50,373 nt of DNA from Fuchsiella alkaliacetigena (GTDB taxonomy: Bacteria; Bacillota; Halanaerobiia; Halobacteroidales; Acetohalobiaceae): the NCBI RefSeq assembly GCF_023227765.1, contig NZ_JALKBZ010000019.1:1-50373 (forward strand). The letters are read 5' to 3'. The translations under genes and the position numbers were made by a program. The notes below the pieces were generated by a model, which did not search any database, was not told the origin of the DNA, and was given only the letters and a program-made list of their open reading frames with translations. Positions 39,280 through 47,167 of the stretch are shown in pieces. The first letter of the stretch is position 1, and each line of letters begins with the position of its first letter.

Positions 39280-39570
39280 TTAATTAATATCATAAGTATC
39301 TTGATTGGACTTAATTTTATTATATAACTTAGTAAAACCATTTTTCAGCTCTGGAAATAATAAAATAATCACTGCTCCGATTAAAATAATGGGAATATAA
39401 GTTTGCAGTTCATTATACAGCCGAAAAAAAACATAAGCACTTTGGCTATCTTCTAGCTGTAGCATCGCCATTTGATTATCCACTATAGGTTTAACTGCTC
39501 TATTAAAAATCATAAAAAACATAACCATTACAAAGCCTAACATTATTCTGATCTGTTTCAGCTTTATCAT
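39280..39570 (-). CDS. Small two-TM membrane protein
   Basis: 96 aa with two hydrophobic helices, immediately upstream of and co-oriented with the SPFH gene. Confidence 0.35.
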   Translation of the reverse strand: MIKLKQIRIMLGFVMVMFFMIFNRAVKPIVDNQMAMLQLEDSQSAYVFFRLYNELQTYIPIILIGAVIILLFPELKNGFTKLYNKIKSNQDTYDIN

Positions 39571-39726
39571 CTCCTTTTTACTCCCATATATCTAAACAAT
39601 GCTGGATAGCTCCTGACTTCTCCTGTTTAAAATGCAAAAAACTACATAGAAAGAGCTGCTTGTTCAGAGTTTTTAATAATAAATTGAGTCTGAGATTTAA
39701 GCAGAGTTAATCCCAAACCCTATAGA

Positions 39727-40458
39727 TTAATCTATCAACTTTAAATATAAATCCAAACTTCTATTCAGCGCCTTAGCTACCAATTCAATAAAATCATCAT
39801 AATTTTCTGTTACATGAGCCCTATCCAAGCTTTGATAATATTTAACCCTATCTTCATTCTTAATAATAGCAACTGGATACCCATCTTTGATAAGCTCAAA
39901 ATTTAATAAAAGCCTGGCCGTTCTGCCATTCCCATCAATAAAAGGGTGTATCCTAACAAAATCAGTATGTAATTTAGCAGCTCTCTCAACTGTATGTAGT
40001 TTTTGCCCAGTTTCATGGTACCAATTAATTAACTCCTCCATCCGCCCTGGAACTATAATCGGGTCGGGTGGAGTATGTTCTGCCCCACTTATAACTACCT
40101 TCTCCTTTCTATACCTGCCTGCATTCTGATCATCTATTCCCTTCAATATTAAATAATGAATATTCTTTATTTGTCTTTCAGATAGGCTTTGATTCTCTTT
40201 GATAATATCTTCCATATATATAATTGCTTCTTTGTGATTTACAACCTCAAGATGCTCCTTTAATGTTTTTCCTCCAATTGTTATCCCATCTTCTAAAACA
40301 ACTTTTGTTTCTGATAGAGTTAGTGTATTACCCTCAATTGCATTTGAGTTATATGTCCAGTCTAAAAATAATTTTTCTCTGATGCTCTTTAATGTATTTT
40401 TAGGTAATGGTCTTTTCTCTGCAATGATTTTTTTCTTTTTATCAATCTCTGCAAACAT
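39727..40458 (-). CDS. Fic-family protein (AMPylation-type Fic/Doc) with an N-terminal auto-inhibitory helix
   Basis: 243 aa with the canonical Fic motif HPFIDGNGRTARLL and an upstream (S/T)xxxE(G/N) inhibitory motif SNAIEGN (class II arrangement). Confidence 0.85.
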   Translation of the reverse strand: MFAEIDKKKKIIAEKRPLPKNTLKSIREKLFLDWTYNSNAIEGNTLTLSETKVVLEDGITIGGKTLKEHLEVVNHKEAIIYMEDIIKENQSLSERQIKNIHYLILKGIDDQNAGRYRKEKVVISGAEHTPPDPIIVPGRMEELINWYHETGQKLHTVERAAKLHTDFVRIHPFIDGNGRTARLLLNFELIKDGYPVAIIKNEDRVKYYQSLDRAHVTENYDDFIELVAKALNRSLDLYLKLID

Positions 40459-40493
40459 AACTTAACCTCCTCACTAGCTTCGCCCAACCTTTA

Positions 40494-42209
40494 TCATCTA
40501 TCCTTTATCCTCTGCACTTCCACACATTCTTCGCCTACAAAAACTAACACCCACTTCTCTAAGTTCTCCTTTTCCCTCAACTCCTCAGCCTGCTGATACT
40601 TCAATATCTGCTCTTTACCTGCCGCTAATTTACTCGCTACAGCTGCCTTGCCTCGGTGCTGATACTCACTCTTCTTAAGGTACTTCAACTCAATTATAGC
40701 TTCATACTCAGGCTTAACTCCACTTCGCTCCAACAAAGCAATATCAATATAACCATCCTCCACCTCATACTCGCTCTTTACATAATAGACCCGACTTAAA
40801 AAAAGATAGCTAAGCATAATCAACTTTATGTACTTTTCATCAAAGTTAATATAGTCCCTGCTAGATAGTTTACTTAAGGTTCTCTCTATCAACTCAATAA
40901 ATTTATCTATTTGCCCTTCCAAAGCAATGCTAATAATACTCTTCTTAATCTCGATACTTTCAATTTCATAATCAGTCTCATCTCTGAGCAGCTTAGCAAA
41001 AAAATCAAAGTATAGCTCTTTAATCACATAATTAGGCACTTTTAACCTTAATAAGTTCAAGACTGAACTGTCTATAGTTAAAAAGCCTAAATAAAAGAGT
41101 AGAGATAAAAAATCTTCCGCAATAAACTCCTTAGCTAGACTAAACTCTCTAGTAATTACTGCTTCTTGTAGTTCTCCTTCCAAAATACTTTCTAGTATTT
41201 GATAGTTTCTTTCCTTATTTTTTAAAGAGAATAGGGCACTCAGCTTAGAATAATCACTGGAAATATTAGTATCAATTAAATCATCCGGCTCACTATCAGC
41301 TATTTGATACTCACTTAAATAGTACAAAATCATATCGCTATTAAAAACCCTTTGCTCTGCTTTTTCATGAAATAAGTAACCATTATAATATCTCTTTAAC
41401 CTCAAAAACAGCTCTTCATTAGCTCCATTTTGGACTCCTAATACTTTATTCAATAAAAATTTGACCTCTTCTTCTGTAAAGCCAATCATTTGATTTAAGT
41501 TCCGATCCCGACTCTTATTTTTAGCTATGTTAAAACCGCTAGTTAGACTATCTAAGGTAATAGGACTGACTCCGGTAGCAAAGATTCTATCCACTACCCC
41601 ACTGGCCGTGCCCTGTTTTAAGACCTCATACCACTTACGCACAAAGCCAGTCTTGCTAATTGTCTCCTCAAAGGTATCTACCTGAAAGCTCAATAGCTCA
41701 TTAGCAAAGTGATCATATTCATCTATCAACACGTATATTTTGCCCTCTATTTTAGACTGAACTGCTGTCAAAAAAGAATTAAATATAGCCGCTGGACTGC
41801 CACTCTTAGTATAGTCTAAATCCAAATTATATTTGTCAGCAAAATTCTTGAACACTTCCAGTGTGCTTCGCAAATAATCTTGACGCAATAACTCTTTATC
41901 TTTGGTATCCAGTCCCGAAAAGTCAAACTTCAAAATATAATAGCTATTAGCCAGTTCAGTTTTATTCTTGCCGATATATAATTCACCAAATAGTTCTTCA
42001 AAATCGGCCTCTTTATTTAGATCGTAGTAGTGCTCCAAAGTAGATAAAAATAGAGTTTTACCGAATCTTCTGGGCCGTAAAAAGAAGATATAGGGTTCCC
42101 CATAGCTTTCCAATATTTCTATATACTTTGTTTTATCAACATATAAATAGTCTTTTTTTCTTAGTTTCTCAAAATTACTAACTCCATAGGGTATTTTAGG
42201 CACTAGCAA
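40494..42209 (-). CDS. AAA-ATPase-like (PF09820-type) protein with a C-terminal PD-(D/E)xK nuclease-like domain
   Basis: 571 aa with N-terminal YVDKT...FFLRPRRFGKTLFLSTLEHYY (diagnostic of the predicted AAA-ATPase/PDDEXK_9 family) and C-terminal EVEDGYIDIAL...ELKY resembling a PD-(D/E)xK core. Confidence 0.7.
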   Translation of the reverse strand: MLVPKIPYGVSNFEKLRKKDYLYVDKTKYIEILESYGEPYIFFLRPRRFGKTLFLSTLEHYYDLNKEADFEELFGELYIGKNKTELANSYYILKFDFSGLDTKDKELLRQDYLRSTLEVFKNFADKYNLDLDYTKSGSPAAIFNSFLTAVQSKIEGKIYVLIDEYDHFANELLSFQVDTFEETISKTGFVRKWYEVLKQGTASGVVDRIFATGVSPITLDSLTSGFNIAKNKSRDRNLNQMIGFTEEEVKFLLNKVLGVQNGANEELFLRLKRYYNGYLFHEKAEQRVFNSDMILYYLSEYQIADSEPDDLIDTNISSDYSKLSALFSLKNKERNYQILESILEGELQEAVITREFSLAKEFIAEDFLSLLFYLGFLTIDSSVLNLLRLKVPNYVIKELYFDFFAKLLRDETDYEIESIEIKKSIISIALEGQIDKFIELIERTLSKLSSRDYINFDEKYIKLIMLSYLFLSRVYYVKSEYEVEDGYIDIALLERSGVKPEYEAIIELKYLKKSEYQHRGKAAVASKLAAGKEQILKYQQAEELREKENLEKWVLVFVGEECVEVQRIKDR

Positions 42210-42329
42210 ACACCTCCTTTTTTTAGTTAACAGTTAATAGTTGAAGTTCAAATAACAAGTTCTTTATGCTCTTAACTATTATTATACCGTAAATCTGCAA
42301 GAATAAAAAGGTAAAGAGCCCTATTCCAA

Positions 42330-42476
42330 TCACTTAATAATCCGCTTATAAAGCCAAGCCAGCTCCTGCTCAGCATAGACTCTCGCTTCCGCTTGAAGAT
42401 CCTTATTTTCAAGTAACTCCTGCGCTTCTGCAATGAAATAGCGAATATAACCATAGCTATATCTATAAATATTTTG
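42330..42476 (-). pseudogene. Remnant of a rep-like gene: ~145-bp copy of the 3' end (last ~46 codons and stop) of the 316-aa gene at 45574-46524
   Basis: About 90% nucleotide identity to 45574-45714, beginning exactly at the stop codon. No upstream coding continuation. The overlapping 98-aa ORF is in another frame. Confidence 0.65.
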
Positions 42477-42495
42477 TCTTTTCGCGGTAAAATGC

Positions 42496-42524
42496 TTGAC
42501 AACTCAGATAAAATGTGATAGGAT
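42496..42524 (+). promoter_or_regulatory. Promoter-like element at the left edge of the inserted cassette
   Basis: TTGACA, 17 nt, TAGGAT with an upstream TGTG. It is followed by a purine-rich gagagagagggggg tract. Confidence 0.3.
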
Positions 42525-42648
42525 CTATTCGAGAGAGAGGGGGGTAAATCTGTATAAGGAATAATCAATTAATATATACTTCTGATGAAACCTGTTATTA
42601 TAGGGGTTAAGACTAGTATTGTTCTCAAGGGAGATATTCAAAAATTAA

Positions 42649-43047
42649 AAAGAGGGTGGTCTTATTAATTTTACAGCTTTTATTAAATCAACTAACTCAG
42701 TCCCTAATACTTGGGAAGACTGGAAGAATGATGCTGAAGGTCAGGAAGCGGAGAGAGTTTTCCAATTTTTAACATCTGGTTACTCGATAACCCGCTTTCT
42801 TATCGCTGCTGAAAGAGAACTACCTGCTCTGAGTTTGGTGATAGAGAAACTCGAGAAAGAATTTGCTAGTAATAAAAACTTTGATTTGAATACTAGACGC
42901 GCAAAAATAGCGGTGGGGCATATGCTGAAGTTCATTTTAGAAAGTTTAGGATGCCAGAAAAAAAACGTAAGCTCCAGTAGTAAACGAAAGCTTAAAAAAT
43001 TTTCTGGGGCAAAGATTTTCAAGACATCCGCTGTATATTCTATTTAG
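42649..43047 (+). pseudogene. Start-less ORF remnant with a HEPN-like Rx6H motif (possible decayed abortive-infection or toxin gene)
   Basis: The 130-codon open frame lacks an ATG; only a GTG/TTG lie at 42832-42837. It contains ...NTRRAKIAVGHMLKF (R-x6-H). An upstream 26-codon ATG ORF in another frame suggests a frameshifted or deleted gene. Confidence 0.25.
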
Positions 43048-43087
43048 TTGTTGTTTGACAATACTAAATTTAAACAGGAGGTAAAAA

Positions 43088-43597
43088 ATGTCATTAAAAA
43101 GTTTGATAAATTGGATTACACTACTTGGCATTAATGGAGTCTCATCAGCATATTTTAATCATGGAAACGTAACTTCAAATGCAAATCAGTATCACTTGAT
43201 TAAATTTAATCTTAGAGAAGTAGATGAGGATGTACGTAAAAGTTTTTATTCTTATTTTGAGCTATCTGATGAAATTAAGTCGGATATAAAAAAGGTTATT
43301 AGCGATTTCGAATGGGAATACCCTACTGATTCTTACTATTTAATAGTCCTAGACGAGAAGATAGACGATGATAATGTTTTCAAAGAAATTTTTGATAATT
43401 TTATCATTACAGAGTTAAGCCAAGAGAAAAGAATTCCACCCTATAGCTTTAAGTTTTTAAATTATGGTCATCTATATTTCAAAAAATTTGACTTTTCATC
43501 TTCAGAATACGTCTTATATATAACTACATTTGATTTCGAGAGTGAATATGCGAAACTTTGCCCATCTATGATGCTACCGTCTACTACAGTATATTAA
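43088..43597 (+). CDS. Hypothetical protein with no recognisable domain
   Basis: 169 aa with a strong RBS (AGGAGGTAAAAAATG), a hydrophobic N-terminus that could be a signal peptide, and a Tyr/Phe/Asp-rich body. Confidence 0.45.
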   Translation: MSLKSLINWITLLGINGVSSAYFNHGNVTSNANQYHLIKFNLREVDEDVRKSFYSYFELSDEIKSDIKKVISDFEWEYPTDSYYLIVLDEKIDDDNVFKEIFDNFIITELSQEKRIPPYSFKFLNYGHLYFKKFDFSSSEYVLYITTFDFESEYAKLCPSMMLPSTTVY

Positions 43598-43707
43598 ACT
43601 CTATATTTTGAGTGCTAGCTTCCTAAATATCACACTAAATTTTTTCTAAACAACTAAATCAAAATAGCCAGTTACTGCCTTCTTTCACTATTAGGAAGTA
43701 GCTGGCA

Positions 43708-44265
43708 TTAGTCTTTTATAGAGTAATAATCAAAAATCTCTTCCCTTAACCCTAAACTTAAATAACAACTAGATTCATCAGAAAACAAAAATTTAAGTCC
43801 TTTTTTCATTACTTCAAAAGATATTAAGTCATTTTCATAAGCTGAACATATAACTCCCAAAGTACCAGTAACCTCTATACTATATTTTTTACACGTTTTT
43901 CGAATTGGGCCATCATTACTAACAACTAAAATACCCATCTCTGCTGCAATAGCTATTACATATCGATCATATTCAGATAATTGCTTACTCGTTTTATTAT
44001 TAGCCCAATCTCCCAACTCCATAAAAACTTCATATCCAAGTTCACTTTGAAAGACCCCTGCTTCATATTCTAGACTGCCTAAATTATCATGAATATTTTC
44101 ATCATCTAAAATGGGAGTAGGAATAATAACCTTAGTAAATAATTCATTTAGCATGAACATATAATCTTCCTTTAAAACCGCTGTTAATTCTATAAAATCA
44201 GTTAATATATTATTGTCAATAACCGCCTTTCTATTATAATAACTCTTAAGTTTGGAGATATTCAA
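43708..44265 (-). CDS. DUF4411-like PIN-like nuclease-fold protein, partner of the XRE-ImmA gene
   Basis: 185 aa with N-terminal AVIDNNIL (PIN-like first acidic motif) and later conserved acidic residues (LVVSNDGPIR). It overlaps the upstream XRE-ImmA gene by 20 nt. I recall DUF4411 genes being annotated next to ImmA/IrrE peptidase genes in other genomes. Confidence 0.5.
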   Translation of the reverse strand: MNISKLKSYYNRKAVIDNNILTDFIELTAVLKEDYMFMLNELFTKVIIPTPILDDENIHDNLGSLEYEAGVFQSELGYEVFMELGDWANNKTSKQLSEYDRYVIAIAAEMGILVVSNDGPIRKTCKKYSIEVTGTLGVICSAYENDLISFEVMKKGLKFLFSDESSCYLSLGLREEIFDYYSIKD

Positions 44266-45391
44266 CTTTTTTCCATCCCTTGGCTTTTTGCCTCATCTCT
44301 AATAATGGTAAATTTAATACTTCCGCAGCTTTATTAATAGTAATTTTATCTTCGAATATTAATCTTTTTACTAAGGCAGTTATTTTTTCATTCTTCTTAA
44401 TATACTTTCTAGGCTCAGGTTCTTCAGTTTTAAATCCTTCTTGGTGTAATGAATTTCTCAAATAACCATAAAGTCCATCTTCAATTATTTTATATTCTTT
44501 TAATGCTCTAAGCAAACATTCAGCACTTACTCCAAAATCCTGTTTTATATCATAAATCAATTCTAAATCTATGAATCCATCTAGTTGATAATTATAATGT
44601 CTTTTTAATATCTTAGGAGAGACTAAAAAAGTCATAGCAAAGTGATTCGCAGCTTTCTCCCTGATATCTTTAATCCTTGAATTAGTATATTTTAAATCCT
44701 CAGCTTCTTTACTATATTCATCACGATGCATAATTAAATGGCCCAATTCATGAGCAACCGAAAACACCTTTCTCTCTTCTGGCTTATTTGGACTATCATT
44801 AATAAATATAAAGGCTCCCTTTTCTTTAGAATAAGCCGATAGAGCTTCTAATTTTGAATTATTAATATCTTCAGCTACTATATTAATATTGTTTTCTTCA
44901 AATACCTTAAACACATTAATCCCAGTAGCGTCATCTACCCCCATATATCTCCTTTGCTTTTCAGCAATCTCTTCAATAACCTCTTTTTCTTCCCCGGATA
45001 ATTTCGACCCTTTTAAGTTTAAGTTATATTCTTCGGGAATATAATCTTTTATTTGTGAATCACTTAAATTAATTACTTCATGATAAAAATTAAAGCGCTT
45101 ACTTATATGATTGCGTAATTTTTTAGTAAAATTATTTGCAGGATCATCAGCTCTAAACATAAATGCTAACTTCTGCTCCTCATCATCTGGAGCTAAGAAA
45201 TAGTCAATGGATTTATTAAAGTGTTTTGCCATTTGATATAACTTACCACTATCTAATACCTGCTCTCCGTTCAAATATTTAGCAATAGTCTGTCTGGTAA
45301 CACCAATAATATCTCCCATCTCTTTTTGACTATAACCATACTCCTCTTGAATCTTCTTTAAATTATCACCAATAATTTTAGCAATGTTCAT
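44246..45391 (-). CDS. Fusion protein: N-terminal XRE HTH plus C-terminal ImmA/IrrE-family (COG2856) zinc metallopeptidase
   Basis: 381 aa with an N-terminal HTH_XRE (GYSQKEMGDIIGVTRQTIAKYLNGE) and a C-terminal HEXXH (VAHELGHLIMH) with a downstream Glu. Confidence 0.8.
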   Translation of the reverse strand: MNIAKIIGDNLKKIQEEYGYSQKEMGDIIGVTRQTIAKYLNGEQVLDSGKLYQMAKHFNKSIDYFLAPDDEEQKLAFMFRADDPANNFTKKLRNHISKRFNFYHEVINLSDSQIKDYIPEEYNLNLKGSKLSGEEKEVIEEIAEKQRRYMGVDDATGINVFKVFEENNINIVAEDINNSKLEALSAYSKEKGAFIFINDSPNKPEERKVFSVAHELGHLIMHRDEYSKEAEDLKYTNSRIKDIREKAANHFAMTFLVSPKILKRHYNYQLDGFIDLELIYDIKQDFGVSAECLLRALKEYKIIEDGLYGYLRNSLHQEGFKTEEPEPRKYIKKNEKITALVKRLIFEDKITINKAAEVLNLPLLEMRQKAKGWKKVEYLQT

Positions 45392-45423
45392 TATATCCCA
45401 CCTCCCCTATTAATATATGCGAT

Positions 45424-45442
45424 TAACAAGCAACTATGTTAA
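45424..45442. promoter_or_regulatory. Candidate operator palindrome upstream of the XRE-ImmA gene
   Basis: TTAACA-N7-TGTTAA inverted repeat in the 5' region of the minus-strand gene. Confidence 0.3.
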
Positions 45443-45573
45443 TATCTTTTTACAAATTAAATATAATAATATTCATAGTGTAAATTATTCTTAACAAAAT
45501 TATAACATATCTACTCTAAATAATAAACAGTTTGCTAAGATTTATTACTAAAATCCTTTTAACTCTGTTTTCA

Positions 45574-46524
45574 TCACTTAATAATCCGCTGACAAAGCCG
45601 GGCCAGCTCCTGCTCAGCATAGACCCTCGCTTCCTCTTGCAGCTCCTTCTTTTCAAGTAGCTCCTGCGCTTCGGCAATGAAATAGCGAATATAGCCATAG
45701 CTATAAATATCCTGCTCCTTCTTGTGCAGGCTTTGTTTTAAGACTGCTAACTCGGTAGCCTTTTTAAGCACAGCTACTCCATAACATTCCAGATCACTAT
45801 TGAGCAGGTATTCATGCTTTAGGGAGTCCTGTCCGGTCTGAGTACGGATATAAGTCAGTGCTTCCTCAAATTCAGCATGGAGACTAAAGCCCGATTCTTG
45901 TGCAGGCGAACTTTCAACTAAGTTAGTATCTCTGTTACTAATCTCTGTAATAGTCTCTGGTATTGCGGCGCAGTTTTCTAAGCTACGAGGCGCAGTATCT
46001 GCGTTTCGAGGCTCAGCTTTTACTTCTTCCGCCTGTGCTTTTTGCGGTGGCTCTGGCTCTTTTTTTAAGTCTTCGGCTTTAACTAATTCTAAGTTAAAGC
46101 GGTAGCCTGCTAGAGTGTAGCCTAGAGCTAATAAGTCCTCTTGAATCTTAAGTAAATTAACTCGATACTGATAGGTATTATCCCAGGTGTTGTGAGGATT
46201 TTGGCGACGTTCTAAGTAGCCTGCTTCGATTAAGGCTTCGGTATGCTTGCGAATGGTGTTGGGACTGAGATTAAGCATGGTTTCTTGAGATAGGTCTTTG
46301 GCTGATTTATAGATCCAGCCTCGACGGGGCTGGATATTTAGACTTGCTCCTTCTTGGCTAGCTCTCTCTTGTTCTTCAGCTATGAACTGATCGAAGTCTT
46401 TTACTCTTTCGCTCCAGTATAGGAACTGGTTGAGGATGATCGCTTTTTTGAAGTCTCCGCTTAAGGCTACTAGTTCTTCTTTGATGACGGCTCTTTTCAA
46501 TCTTTCTGTTTCTAAGCTAGGCAT
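45574..46524 (-). CDS. Replication-initiator-like protein (RepA_N / replisome-organiser-like winged helix) of an integrated element
   Basis: 316 aa. The N-terminal region ...GWIYKSAKDLSQETMLNLSPNTIRKHTEALIEAGYLERRQNP...NTYQY resembles the RepA_N pattern of Firmicute plasmid/ICE initiators. A low-complexity charged linker and a helical C-terminus follow. Its 3' end is duplicated at 42330. Confidence 0.5.
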   Translation of the reverse strand: MPSLETERLKRAVIKEELVALSGDFKKAIILNQFLYWSERVKDFDQFIAEEQERASQEGASLNIQPRRGWIYKSAKDLSQETMLNLSPNTIRKHTEALIEAGYLERRQNPHNTWDNTYQYRVNLLKIQEDLLALGYTLAGYRFNLELVKAEDLKKEPEPPQKAQAEEVKAEPRNADTAPRSLENCAAIPETITEISNRDTNLVESSPAQESGFSLHAEFEEALTYIRTQTGQDSLKHEYLLNSDLECYGVAVLKKATELAVLKQSLHKKEQDIYSYGYIRYFIAEAQELLEKKELQEEARVYAEQELARLCQRIIK

Positions 46525-46548
46525 TAATTTCTCCTCCTTTTGTGCTGA

Positions 46549-46650
46549 TAAGGAACAAATATTAGTTATATTATAGTTCCTCTAAGGCACTTTGTCAAGT
46601 GCATTGGTATATAAAGTGGATATAAGGAACTAGATGTTTACAATAGGAAC
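46549..46650. promoter_or_regulatory. Iteron-like repeats and a palindrome in the divergent rep/XRE control region
   Basis: Four copies of the half-site TAAGGAAC / TAGGAAC / GTTCCT (46549-46556, 46576-46581 inverted, 46623-46630, 46644-46650), plus the perfect palindrome GCACTT-TGTC-AAGTGC (46587-46602). Confidence 0.5.
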
Positions 46651-46733
46651 ATTTTAATTTATTATAATACTATACATCAATTGTTAATTTGTTTAATCTA
46701 TGGTCATCAAATATCTAACGGAGGTTAAATTAA

Positions 46734-47105
46734 ATGTCCCTTGCTAAAAGAATTAAAAAACTTAGGAAAGAATTCGATTTAACTCAAGAAAAATTAGCAA
46801 AAAAAGTGGGGGTAAGTAGAGCTACAATAGCAGGTTATGAAACCAAAGGTAAGGAACCACCATATGACACATTAACTAAATTAGCTGAAATTTTTAATGT
46901 AAGTACAGATTATCTCCTTGGACTTACCGATGAAAGAAAGACTGCTGAGAAAATAAAAAAAGCTCTGGCTAATAATCCAGAGCTGCTAGAGTGTTGGGAG
47001 CAATTAAATTGTAGAGAAGATTTGCAAAGGATGCTTAAAGAGACTCAAAATTTAGAGCCTGAAACTATTCAAAGAATCATAGAAATTACTAAAATTATAG
47101 AATAG
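46734..47105 (+). CDS. XRE-family HTH transcriptional regulator
   Basis: 123 aa with N-terminal LAKRIKKLRKEFDLTQEKLAKKVGVSRATIAGYETKGKEPPYDTLTKLAEIFNVSTDYLLG. Confidence 0.8.
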   Translation: MSLAKRIKKLRKEFDLTQEKLAKKVGVSRATIAGYETKGKEPPYDTLTKLAEIFNVSTDYLLGLTDERKTAEKIKKALANNPELLECWEQLNCREDLQRMLKETQNLEPETIQRIIEITKIIE

Positions 47106-47167
47106 CTATGTTATGCATCTTAACTTACTACTTAGCAAACAAGAAGCAAGATATTTATATAATCTTC

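Noticed and set aside
39267-39341. Longer N-terminus for the SPFH gene (ORF track start at 39341)
   Set aside because: The extension has no RBS. The internal MKFKSKS...LVGC start gives a canonical lipoprotein signal peptide, so I annotated the shorter form.
42272-42568. 98-aa ORF on the minus strand; also the 60-aa ORF at 45516-45698
   Set aside because: Both are out-of-frame readings across the duplicated rep 3' end (MxIFAISLxKRRSYLK... in both). The sequence is better explained as the C-terminal coding portion or remnant of the rep-like gene.
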